A program made the translations under genes and the position numbers. From an uncultured delta proteobacterium (GTDB lineage Bacteria; Myxococcota_A; Polyangia; Polyangiales; Polyangiaceae), in NCBI GenBank assembly GCA_963850305.1, contig CAWKKR010000005.1:32001-96000 (forward strand): a stretch of 64,000 bases of DNA, read 5' to 3'. Under the pieces are notes generated by a model. It worked only from the letters and a program-made list of their open reading frames with translations. It was not told the DNA's origin and searched no databases. Of the stretch, positions 32,440 through 41,497 are shown one piece after another (position 1 is the stretch's first letter; every line of letters begins with the position of its first letter).

Positions 32440-34222
32440 CTACCGCGGGACGCAGAGGAGCTCTTCGAGGGTCGCTTCGAGTTCCGCGACTTCGACCGGC
32501 TTCGTCAGGTATCGATGGAATCCGAGCCGCTCGCCCCGCTGACGCTCATGAAGGGAAGCCGCAGCCGTCAGTGCAATTACCGGGATGTGCTCGGTCTCCG
32601 GCCATCCTCGAAGAACCTGCAGCGCGTCGAGCCCGCTCATCCCGGGCAGATTGATGTCCATCATGATGACGGTCGGCGGGTTTGCACGCGCGAGCTCCAC
32701 CCCCATCTCCGCCGTCGGCGCGACGATGAGCTCGATCCCCTCGAAGACCTCGAGTAAGTCGCTCATGAATCGGACGTTTGCCGGGTTGTCTTCGACATAC
32801 ATGACGATGCCGCGCCGGTCGTGGGCGAGCCGTGGCGGGGTGTCCCGCGGCGCTGGGGGAGAACTCGAAGCCGATCGCTCGACGTGAATCGGAACATCGA
32901 CCCAGAACTCGGAACCTTCGGACGGGACGCTCCGAAACCCGACGCTCCCGTGCATCAGCTCTGCCAAGCGCTTCGAAATGGTCAGACCGATCCCGGTGCC
33001 TTCGATCGGCCCCGTCTCTTGCCCTGCGCGCTGGAACGGTTGAAAGAGCTTCTCCTGCCTGTCGAACGGGATCCCAAACCCAGTGTCAGTGACCGTCACG
33101 CGCAACGCCGCGGAGTTCGGGGCCGAGACGCGAAACTCCACGCTCCCGTTCGGACGGTTGTACTTGATGGCGTTGGAGCCGAAGTTCAACAGGATCTGCG
33201 CGAACCGCGTCCGATCCGCACGGATTTCTGGGAGGTTCGCCGGCGAGCTGATCTCCAGCCTCACCCCGGCGTCGGCTGCAGCGGGCTCGAGCGTCTCCCT
33301 GATCTCGTCGAGCACCTCGGAGATGGCGACTGGCTCCATCGACATCGAGAACCCGCCCGTTTCGATGCGGGAAAGATCGAGAATGTCACCGATGAGCCTG
33401 AGCAGATGTTCGCCGCCCTTGAGAATTTGCCTGACGCGTTCTACGTGTCGTGCGGAAAGGGCCTCCTTCTTGTCGCGCTGGAGGAGTTGCGCGAATCCGA
33501 GGATTGCGTTGAGCGGCGTCCTGAGCTCGTGGCTCATCGAAGAAAGGAACTCGCTCTTCGCGGCGTTGGCACTGTCGGCGGTGGCACGCGCCTGCTTCAA
33601 CTGCTCCTCACGATCCATGTCCCCCGTGAGGTCCCAGATCGTCTCGACGGTGCCCCCTTCCGGAGTGCGCTGGTAACTGACACGTAGGCTCCGGCCGTCG
33701 CGGGTTCGGACGTCGAATGTCGTCCCTATTTCGTGTCGCTGCGAGAGCCGCGCCCTGCGGAAGAGAGCACCCTCGCGATCGTCCGAGAAGGCGAGCGTGC
33801 CCATCCACGAGTCGAGCAACTCCTCGTAGGAACTACCGACGACTGCACCGGGCAGCCCCGGACCGATCAGGTGGCGATAAACACTGTTGCAGAGGGCGAG
33901 TCGGTCGCTCGCGTCGAAGAGCGCGAACGCATCCTGCACGCTCTCGACCGCGCTCGCCAGGCGTTCGGCCGCGAGTTTCGCTTCGCGCTCTGCGGACCTC
34001 AGCTCAGTGATATCGAGCAGAGCCGTGCGGCAGGATGTCGGTGCCGCCACGAGCGAGCTATTCACGGCCGCGCTCACGAGCTGAACCGCCATCCGTCCCC
34101 GCTGCTCGGTCGAGATGCCGATCTCGGTCGTAACGGGACTCGTCGATTCGAGGGTGTTCCGAAGGTGTCGCGTGAAGGCGCCGGCATCGTCGAGACGCGC
34201 CAGAGCGAGGAACGGCTTGCCG
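32440..34222 (-). pseudogene. hybrid PAS-histidine kinase-receiver, 5'-truncated
   Basis: EFLSSMSHELRTPLNAILG, NAIKYN, GTGIGL, receiver YVEDN..MDINLPG..YLTKP; recognisable sequence begins abruptly inside a PAS-like segment (GKPFLALARLDD). Confidence 0.8.
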
Positions 34223-34403
34223 CTGCAACCTCCCGTTCCTTCGGCTTCGGATCGGGCTCGGTCAGAATTCGGACGGCGTGATGGATGGCGGTGGTGAAGT
34301 GCATCCACCGGATACAGAGATCACCCCCCGTCGATCAACTCCGCCGAAGCACTTTTCTGATGTGGTCGAGTTGATCGGGAGCCGCCGGATCTGTATTCCG
34401 TAC

Positions 34404-34740
34404 ATGAACCCGTTACGCACGCCCGCCGTCCCGTGTCGCACGCTTCTTCGGGTGGTTCCTGGTGCCGAGCCCACCCCCGTCACCGACGACGCTCCCAGCG
34501 GTCACGTGGACGGCATCTGCACCTGCTCCGTCTGCGGGAGGGAATTCCCAGCTCGCCGGAAGAACGCCATCACGTGCTCGTCGGCATGCCGGACACGTCG
34601 AAGCAGGGAAGCTCGTCGGGCCAATCTCTGATCTCCGGGTTCGAGCGGCCGAGGAAGCTCTCACGGCCGCCACGCAGGCCCTCTCCGAGCTACGAGGCTA
34701 CGTGATGGAGAGGCTCGGGCCGGGGAGGGCAAGCTCGTGA
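34404..34740 (+). CDS. small Zn-finger protein (probable frameshift near 34628)
   Basis: CSVCGREFPARRKNAITCSSACR; another frame continues as a helical segment to a GTGA overlap at 34737. Confidence 0.6.
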
Positions 34741-35042
34741 GCCGCCGTCGTCCTGCTTCGTCTCCCTGCGTGCCGCTGACGGTGAAGATCCTCGGGGACG
34801 ACGACGCCCTCGGTGAAGCCATCGGCCCCGTGCTCGCCGAAACACCGAAGCTGGCCAGGTACACGAAGGACGTCCGCTGTCGTGAACGAGCCCTCCGGAA
34901 GGTGCTGAACAACCGGCAGTGGCGGGTCTACATGGCTCTCGAAGAGGCCGTCATCGACCGGGTGCTGGCCGAGACGAACGTGCTCATCAGGTGGGCGTTC
35001 GACGAGGGTGTTCGAGCGGGCCGATCACGATCAGCGTCATGA
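34737..35042 (+). CDS. hypothetical protein
   Basis: 101 aa, coupled to the upstream gene; ends AFDEGVRAGR. Confidence 0.6.
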   Translation: MSRRRPASSPCVPLTVKILGDDDALGEAIGPVLAETPKLARYTKDVRCRERALRKVLNNRQWRVYMALEEAVIDRVLAETNVLIRWAFDEGVRAGRSRSAS

Positions 35043-35230
35043 CGTCCATGGTGGCGGTTCCGGCAGAACCGCTTCGTTACTTTTCGTACCTCCCCGAGTC
35101 TACCGAGAAGGCCGTGTCAAACGGACACACGCTCATGAATCGTGAGGGGGTCGAAATCGGATTTGTCGGGGGCGATCTCGCGATCCAGATTTTTTGGGGG
35201 CCGGAGATTTCTAGAACCTGCCGGGCAGCG

Positions 35231-35530
35231 TCAGAGCTTCGGCCCTCGTTCACGGGGAGCGCCCCAGACAGCGAGGACGTGAACGACGCCGTTCGTCTCG
35301 TCCACTCGGAAGTAAATGTGGTTCGACGTCCGGGGCATCAGGATGCGTCGCAGGGTGGGGCGTTTCGAGGTGGGCCATCGAACACCGGCACCCGGGATCT
35401 CGCAGATCCGGCGGAAGACTTCTTCCAGCTCGTCCGTGAAGAGGCTCGGTGCTGCCGTCCGATTCGCGACCCACCAATCCTCGATCTGGTCGGCTTGGCG
35501 TTGAGCCCTCTTACCGACTCGCAGCTTCAC
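35231..35530 (-). CDS. type II toxin, RelE/ParE family
   Basis: 99 aa; MKLRVGKRAQRQ...HIYFRVD...VHVLAVWGAPR; downstream of the antitoxin. Confidence 0.8.
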   Translation of the reverse strand: MKLRVGKRAQRQADQIEDWWVANRTAAPSLFTDELEEVFRRICEIPGAGVRWPTSKRPTLRRILMPRTSNHIYFRVDETNGVVHVLAVWGAPRERGPKL

Positions 35531-35753
35531 GTTTGGCTCGGAGCTGAGCGATGAACTCGAACCCGTCCATGTGGTCGCCCTTCTCGATGTCCTCGACGCC
35601 GTCCTCGATAGCCTGGAGCAGCCGAGCCTTCTCCTCGGGCTCGAACTCCTCATCGTCGAGCACGACTAGCTCAACCTCTCTGCCTTCCGGTAGATCGGTC
35701 GGTTCATCCAGAACGAGGCGGCCGTTCTTCACGTGGGCCTTGAGGGCGTGCAT
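35511..35753 (-). CDS. cognate antitoxin
   Basis: Acidic 80 aa, LKAHVKNGRLVLDEPTDLPEG; overlaps the toxin start. Confidence 0.75.
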   Translation of the reverse strand: MHALKAHVKNGRLVLDEPTDLPEGREVELVVLDDEEFEPEEKARLLQAIEDGVEDIEKGDHMDGFEFIAQLRAKREAASR

Positions 35754-35799
35754 CGTGACGGGAGTCTACCCGCTTCGGGCGGGATGGTCGAAGGCCGAG

Positions 35800-36072
35800 T
35801 TATTCCGGGCCGATGTCCGGAGTCGGTTCGTCGGATCCTGGCGGGATCGTAGACGGCACTGGCACGAGCCAGTCGTGGGGATCGACGCCGGTCTCCCGTT
35901 CGAGATCGATGGCCCGATGAAGCGTGGGGATGGTGCGGCCTTCCTTCCACTGGATCACCGACGAGTGATCGCAGTCGAGCAGACGGGCGAGCTTGCGGGG
36001 TGTCCACGCCCGAGCTTGCAGGAAGCTCGCCAGCCGTTCGGCTCCACGGTTTCGAAATGTTCGCTTCTGCAT
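35800..36072 (-). CDS. XRE/Cro-like HTH protein
   Basis: TPRKLARLLDCDHSSVIQWKEGRTIP..RAIDLE. Confidence 0.8.
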   Translation of the reverse strand: MQKRTFRNRGAERLASFLQARAWTPRKLARLLDCDHSSVIQWKEGRTIPTLHRAIDLERETGVDPHDWLVPVPSTIPPGSDEPTPDIGPE

Positions 36073-36082
36073 GTTCGTCTCC

Positions 36083-39000
36083 TTACACCGCTTCTTCGAG
36101 AAGCCGGTGGATGGTGTCGGCGTGGTCGTCGTGCGTGATCGGATGCCGGAGGCAGTGCAGATCGGCTGAGGTCATCCCGGGCTTGAAGAGGATCGCGTCC
36201 TCGATGGGCTCCTTCCGGGCGTAGATGCGGACGGACTTCCGCTTCGGTGCGGATGTCCTCGCAGGATCGTTCTCCGTAACCTTCCCGACGGTGCTGAAGC
36301 ACCACCCGAGCGACGTGAGCACCTTGATGATCCGGTTCTGATCCCGCGTCTCCTGCTTCGACGTTTCGATGCTGAGCACCTCGTTCAGGATGAAGCTGAC
36401 GGTGACCTCGTTCAAGTCGGCCACGCTGTTCTCGATGGCCTCGTGCCACGGGTCTTGCTCGCCACGTTGCTGCTGGACGTTCCGGAAGAGGACGTGCTCG
36501 TCCTCCTGGTCGGGGTAGCACCGCTCGTGCTCTCGATACCGATGGACGGCTTCGGCCCAGAGCTGATCCCGATCCCGCTCGATGCCTTCGATGTCGATCT
36601 TGCCGGTCTCCCCGCAGGCGATGGGCCAGTAGCGCCGATTGCCGGTGGGGTCACGAAGGTAGCCGCCCTCGGGGTTGATGGTCGCGAAGAACATGACCTG
36701 CCTCGGCACCTGGACGTTGTGCATGCCGTACGGGGGGCGGTAGTCGTCGGTCTTCGACGTGAAGAACGCCTTGCTCGTCGCATGCTCGGCCTTGAGCAAC
36801 GACGAGGCTTCGGGCAACTCGACGAACCACCGGCCTCGGAGGGCCACCATGGCGTCCTTCGTCCCGATGGTGATCATGGTGTCGGACACCCACGACGGGT
36901 CCGGGCAGAGCGCCATGACGGCGGACGATTTCTTGATCCCCTGGTCGCCCTCGAACACGGGCACGTAGTCTGCCTGGCAGCCGGGCTCGAAGATGCGCTT
37001 CACGGCCTGCATCAATGTCCACGGGCCTACCTTCCTCGTGTAGATGCCGTCGGAGCAGCCGAGGTACGTCGTGAACCACGTGTCGAGCCGGTGAGTCCCG
37101 TCCCACACGAGCCCGCCGAGGTAGTCACGAACGGGATGCACCTTCCACTTGTCCGCGACGAGACGGGCCGCCTGGTACGCCTGCTTCGGCGTCACGGTGA
37201 TCCCCCAGAACCGCTGAAGGTAATCGACGAGCCGGTGGTCGTCGGGCTCGACCCAAGCATCCATCGTCGTGAACGGTGCCGAGGAAGACGTCTCGTTCGG
37301 CCACGGTGCCGCCGCCATCAACACGATCCTGCTCGTGAACTCACACCACGCAAGACGACCCGCCCACCGGGGATCGTGGGACACGACCGTCACGGCGTTC
37401 GAGAAGGTGGACTGGACGGCACCCTTCTTCGTGCGGTGAAGCTTCGTGCGCCACTCCGCATCCGAGTAGTCCTCGTCCATTGGCGACACGTCCCCCGAGC
37501 CGTCGTTCTCCTCCTTCGTGAGGGCGAGCAGCTTCGTCTTCGGGATCCCCGTCTTCTTCGTGAGCGCCTTCATGGACGTCGCTGCCGGACCTGCATCCGT
37601 CGAAAGGATCACCTCGACAATCTCCCGAAGCTCGTCGTCCCTCGACGTGGGGGAGCACGTCTCGATCATGTCGTCGATGAACTTCGGGTTCTCCGTGAGC
37701 TTCGACTCGACCTCGGCCTTCCTGGCTTTCTTTCCCTTCCCGACCTTCGGGATGTCGAATCCCGGGAACTCTCCGGACAGCCAGTTCACCGCTTCACGCC
37801 GGGCGTCCTGGTCGTCGATGTCCCGATGAAGGCCGAGCGTCACGACGAGGTCGATGTTCTTCCACGAACGAGCCCCGCACGTGGCGTGCTGGCACTTTAG
37901 GGATTGAACCCCGAGCTTCTCGTCCAGAAAGTCCGTGGTGTCGTCGGCACCGCATCCGGGGCATTGGGGGTGGCTCGGGTCGTGACCAAGCTCGGCGTAC
38001 ACGTCACGAATCGGGATCGTGTTCGCCAGCTCGAACGGATTCGGCCCTTGGTACTTCGTGCTTCTGGCGCTCGTCGTGGTCGTGGCAGGCCGCTTGCCGA
38101 CACCCTTCTTGGTGCCCACCTCGACCGCAGCCTGGAACCGCTGTCGTTGCTCGTCGGTGAGCTTCTGCTTCAGCCCTTCGACGAGATGCCGGAGCTGTTT
38201 AAGAGACAGCCGCTCGACCGTCTTCGAGCAGTAGATCCCGGTGAGCCGGTGAACACGGCCAAGCCCGATGTCGTTGTATCCCTTCCTCTTGAGTGTCCCG
38301 GCGGCTGGGCAGAGCCGGTTCGGATTCACAACGCTGTCGTCACCGACGACGTGCTCGTCGCTGTAGATCACGCCGACGAGCTGCACGAACGCCGTTCGAA
38401 GAGCTTTAACCTCGGGGTTCACGGGCAGCCGGTCGAGGGCTACGTGAACCTGGCAGCCGTTTCCGCTGAACAGGAAGGCGAGTGCGTTGGCGGATCCGAG
38501 GATCTCGGCGGCATCACCGAAGAGCTGGATGCCCCTCTCGCACGACGTCATCAGCTCGGTGGTCGTGGCCGACACCTTCTTGGCACCGCCTTCTCGGATC
38601 GTGTCGAGGTCGGCGTACACGGAGAGGAAGGCCACGATGTCCTTCTCGGTGGTGCCCGCTCCCGAGCCGAGGACGTGCCACGCATCCGGAGCGGCCTTCG
38701 ACAACGCAGCCGGGTTCACGAGCTGCGGGATGACGTAGAGCCCCTGGTAGCCGTACTCCCGGGCAGCCGACAGCAGAAGGGTGACGCCACCCCGGAACGT
38801 GTCCGTGTAAGCGAACCGGTGCTTCTGCTCGTCGAACCTCCGGCTCTCGTCTTTCAGGTCGGGCTCGACGATCTGAAGCTCGTAGCGTTCGCCCTCGGCC
38901 AGCCCGAGGAACCGGTGCTGCCTCTTGAAGCTCCCGGCGAGGATCTTCGCCGGGTCGATCCCCTCGGCCCTCGTTGTCGTCAGGAACGACGTGAGCCAGC

Positions 39001-39364
39001 CTCGAAGCTCGGCTTCGTGACTGGCTCGACACGGGGTGGTGGTCGGCGTGCCCGGATGAACGGAAACGTCGTCCACGACGACGGAAACGGAGCTGTCTTC
39101 CACGGCGGATGTCTCCAGAACCAACCCCGGTCGGAAGACCGAGGCTCCTGCCGAGCCGCTGGGCGAGCGGGGTTCGGCAGGGAGTTCTTCACATCCACAT
39201 CTAGGCAGCCCTGCCGCCGCAGGACTGATCCACGAAGCTCTTGCCCGAGCTGGCGTGGACGGGAAGCCGTGTGCTCCTGACGTTGAATGATACACACGCT
39301 TCCGTTCGTCGCAAGGGGCGAACTGCACGAGCCGTTCGAGTTCACGTTCACCAAGCATGAGCAC
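36083..39364 (-). CDS. AEP primase-polymerase / Zn-binding / VapE-family helicase fusion (true start probably downstream of 39280)
   Basis: YADLD, SGNGCQVH, DDSVVNPNRL..AGT; CPGC..CQHATC; HPVRDYL..WDG..RL, GDQGIKKS, YRPPYG, DPTGNRRYWP, RDQLWAEA. Confidence 0.88.
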   Translation of the reverse strand: MLMLGERELERLVQFAPCDERKRVYHSTSGAHGFPSTPARARASWISPAAAGLPRCGCEELPAEPRSPSGSAGASVFRPGLVLETSAVEDSSVSVVVDDVSVHPGTPTTTPCRASHEAELRGWLTSFLTTTRAEGIDPAKILAGSFKRQHRFLGLAEGERYELQIVEPDLKDESRRFDEQKHRFAYTDTFRGGVTLLLSAAREYGYQGLYVIPQLVNPAALSKAAPDAWHVLGSGAGTTEKDIVAFLSVYADLDTIREGGAKKVSATTTELMTSCERGIQLFGDAAEILGSANALAFLFSGNGCQVHVALDRLPVNPEVKALRTAFVQLVGVIYSDEHVVGDDSVVNPNRLCPAAGTLKRKGYNDIGLGRVHRLTGIYCSKTVERLSLKQLRHLVEGLKQKLTDEQRQRFQAAVEVGTKKGVGKRPATTTTSARSTKYQGPNPFELANTIPIRDVYAELGHDPSHPQCPGCGADDTTDFLDEKLGVQSLKCQHATCGARSWKNIDLVVTLGLHRDIDDQDARREAVNWLSGEFPGFDIPKVGKGKKARKAEVESKLTENPKFIDDMIETCSPTSRDDELREIVEVILSTDAGPAATSMKALTKKTGIPKTKLLALTKEENDGSGDVSPMDEDYSDAEWRTKLHRTKKGAVQSTFSNAVTVVSHDPRWAGRLAWCEFTSRIVLMAAAPWPNETSSSAPFTTMDAWVEPDDHRLVDYLQRFWGITVTPKQAYQAARLVADKWKVHPVRDYLGGLVWDGTHRLDTWFTTYLGCSDGIYTRKVGPWTLMQAVKRIFEPGCQADYVPVFEGDQGIKKSSAVMALCPDPSWVSDTMITIGTKDAMVALRGRWFVELPEASSLLKAEHATSKAFFTSKTDDYRPPYGMHNVQVPRQVMFFATINPEGGYLRDPTGNRRYWPIACGETGKIDIEGIERDRDQLWAEAVHRYREHERCYPDQEDEHVLFRNVQQQRGEQDPWHEAIENSVADLNEVTVSFILNEVLSIETSKQETRDQNRIIKVLTSLGWCFSTVGKVTENDPARTSAPKRKSVRIYARKEPIEDAILFKPGMTSADLHCLRHPITHDDHADTIHRLLEEAV
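39287..39314 (-). promoter_or_regulatory. sigma70-type promoter for the primase gene
   Basis: TTGCGA-16 nt (ending TG)-TATCAT on the minus strand. Confidence 0.55.
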
Positions 39365-39370
39365 CTCGGT

Positions 39371-39581
39371 GTCTACGGCGTCTACGGCACGTGCCGGAGG
39401 GCGTAGACACTCGGAGCGGCATCTTTTCCGGCCTTGTCTACATGTCTACGGTGTCTACGGGATCTTGATCACATGTAGAGAATCCGTGTTTTCGATCTCG
39501 TTGATCGGATCGATGACGATGAAGAAAGAGATCGATCCCTGGATCTCTTGAAACCGGCGTAGACGGCGTAGACACGTAGAC
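39371..39581. repeat. iteron-like GTCTAC/GTAGAC cluster, putative origin
   Basis: GTCTAC at 39371, 39380, 39436, 39444, 39453; GTAGAC at 39403, 39559, 39568, 39576. Confidence 0.8.
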
Positions 39582-39762
39582 ACCCGCCACCGGCAGCACC
39601 GGCTACGTCGGTGGTCACTTCGGCTTGTACCGGCTCCGCCGACCCGGAAACCGAACACGCACTGGCACCCGGTCGGGCAACGTCAAAAAAAGCTCGAAAC
39701 GACCGCCGGACTGCCGAAGCTCCGGAAACCGTTCACGGATGTGCCGCTGCACCGCCGATGAA

Positions 39763-39782
39763 GCTTCGATACAAATCGAAGC
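39763..39782. promoter_or_regulatory. perfect 8-4-8 inverted repeat, putative ArsR operator
   Basis: GCTTCGAT-ACAA-ATCGAAGC immediately before the ArsR start codon. Confidence 0.65.
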
Positions 39783-40049
39783 GTGATGACCACGCCGTCC
39801 GAGATCGTTGCCACCGCCGCCGTCCTCGGTGACCCGAGGAGGTTCCTGATGCTGCTCTACCTCGACGAGCCCCTCCCCATCGGGAAGCTCGCCTGCAAGG
39901 CCAACGTGAGCCCGGCAACGGCCTCGTACCACGTCGGCCGCCTCGTAGAGGTCGGGCTCGTCCATGTTCACCGTCGTGGACGACAGCACGTCGTCCGTCG
40001 TGTTCCCGCACGATGGATGTCGATCTGGCGAGCGTTCGGATCGGGATGA
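39783..40049 (+). CDS. ArsR/SmtB-family regulator
   Basis: LGDPRRFLML..LACKANVSPATASYHVGRLVEVGLV. Confidence 0.85.
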   Translation: MMTTPSEIVATAAVLGDPRRFLMLLYLDEPLPIGKLACKANVSPATASYHVGRLVEVGLVHVHRRGRQHVVRRVPARWMSIWRAFGSG

Positions 40050-40104
40050 CGGGGAATCGAACTCCCGGCGGTTGATCCGAACCCGGCTCGTCTGTATCAA
40101 GTGT

Positions 40105-40786
40105 ATGGACACCTTCGGAACGGCCCGAGCGAAACGAGCTGCGATCTACGTCCGAACCAGCACTTCGAGGGATCAGTCCCCGGCCATGCAGCTCGACGAC
40201 CTCCGCCGTCTTGCCGACCAGCGAGGCTGGACGATCACCCGGGAGTACATGGACGTCGGCGTCTCCGGCACCACCGACAAGCGGCCCGAGCTGGACAAGC
40301 TCATGGCCGACATCCGGAAGGGCGGCAAGAACGCTCCGGGCATCGTCGTCGTCTGGAGGTTCGACAGGTTCGCCCAATCCGTCCGGCACCTCGTCACGGC
40401 CCTCGAAGATTTCCGGGTTCGAGGGATCGAGTTCGTCTCCATGAAGGACGGGATCGACACGAGCACCCCGACGGGAAGGTTCACGTTCCATCTCGTGGCC
40501 GCCCTGGCCGAGATGGAGGCCGAGGTGATCCGATTCCCGAGTCCAGGCCGGAGTCGATGCAGCTCGTCGTCGTGGAGCACGTCTCGGCCGTCCTCGTGCT
40601 CACGTTGACGTAGCTCGTGCTCGTGAGCTTCTGGCCCGCCCAGGGACCTCTCGTACCTCCGTGGCCCGGAAGCTCGGCGTTGGCACGAGCACCCTCTCAC
40701 GAGCCCTCCGAGGGGCAGGAATGGGCCGACCAGAATCCCCCTCGGAAGCCGTGATCGAAACCGGCATGATCTCTCGGGTGGCGTGA
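40105..40786 (+). CDS. small serine recombinase (resolvase/invertase) with C-terminal HTH, frameshift near 40534
   Basis: YVRTST, SG..DKRPEL, WRFDRFAQS, IDTSTPTG; shifted frame continues RVQAGVDAARRRGARLGRP...VARKLGVGTSTLSR to TGA at 40786. Confidence 0.88.
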
Positions 40787-40837
40787 TCTCGGATCGAGCC
40801 GACCAGAATCAGGTGATTTTGGCCGACGGCTGGTCGG

Positions 40838-41035
40838 TCAACGAGGGCTGCCATCCTTCCGGGCTTCCTTCTCGTGGCCTTCTTCGTCCTGGCTCCGTTC
40901 GGGAGGACGGAAGGCGATTCGAATCCATCCTGCGACCAAGGCGACCGGGACGAAGAGTATCCCGATGGGCGAACCGGCGATCACGGAGGTGATCGCTCGC
41001 CACCAAACCGGGTGATTTCGATCAGTCAGAATCAT
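40838..41035 (-). CDS. small membrane protein (possibly a frameshifted continuation of 41056-41496)
   Basis: Hydrophobic AITSVIAGSPIGILFVPVALVAGWI segment. Confidence 0.4.
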   Translation of the reverse strand: MILTDRNHPVWWRAITSVIAGSPIGILFVPVALVAGWIRIAFRPPERSQDEEGHEKEARKDGSPR

Positions 41036-41055
41036 AGGTTCGTTGGGAGTGGGAA

Positions 41056-41496
41056 TCAGCGACGGAGCAGGAACGGAAGCACGAAAAAAAGGAACACCAG
41101 CAGCTCGATCAGAAGCGTAACTCCTGAGATCGGTCTGGGCGTCGAACCATTGTGCGCTCGCCGACGAAACAGCTTGGGCACCTGTGACCCCGCCATGCAC
41201 GAAGCGGCTCCGAGAAAGAGGACCACACCCATGGACCGACTCGGCTCGTGGAAGAACCAGCCGAGCCCAGCGACCAGACCCACGACGGAACCAATGTTCA
41301 AGGCGGCGGCAGACGAAGCGACCGAGATCGCACCGCCGATGCCAAGGCCGATTGCAACAGAAGCCAGGTAACGCCAGGTGAGCGGATACGGACTCCAGGC
41401 AATGGCGAGCAAGGCGGCGTTCAACAATACGACGATCACGAGGACCGGTTGGCCGGAAGGTTGGCCCGATCCGCCGTCTCGGTTCCCGTCGGACAC
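41056..41496 (-). CDS. multi-TM membrane protein, candidate immunity protein
   Basis: GTG start 1 nt after the teneurin-like stop; 4-5 hydrophobic segments. Confidence 0.6.
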   Translation of the reverse strand: MSDGNRDGGSGQPSGQPVLVIVVLLNAALLAIAWSPYPLTWRYLASVAIGLGIGGAISVASSAAALNIGSVVGLVAGLGWFFHEPSRSMGVVLFLGAASCMAGSQVPKLFRRRAHNGSTPRPISGVTLLIELLVFLFFVLPFLLRR

Positions 41497-41497
41497 G

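Larger units (their letters stand above)
34223..40800. mobile_element. integrated satellite- or plasmid-like element (boundaries approximate)
   Basis: Primase-VapE gene, iteron cluster, HTH, TA pair, resolvase and distinct tetranucleotide usage; no att repeats or integrase seen. Confidence 0.7.

Noticed and set aside
35100..35220. Possible cos or res site (GTGTC-N5-GACAC, G and T tracts)
   Set aside because: Short palindrome only; no terminase or matching second site to support it.
40105..40786. Resolvase as the element's integrase
   Set aside because: It lacks the recombinase and Zn-ribbon domains of large serine integrases, and no att repeats were found.
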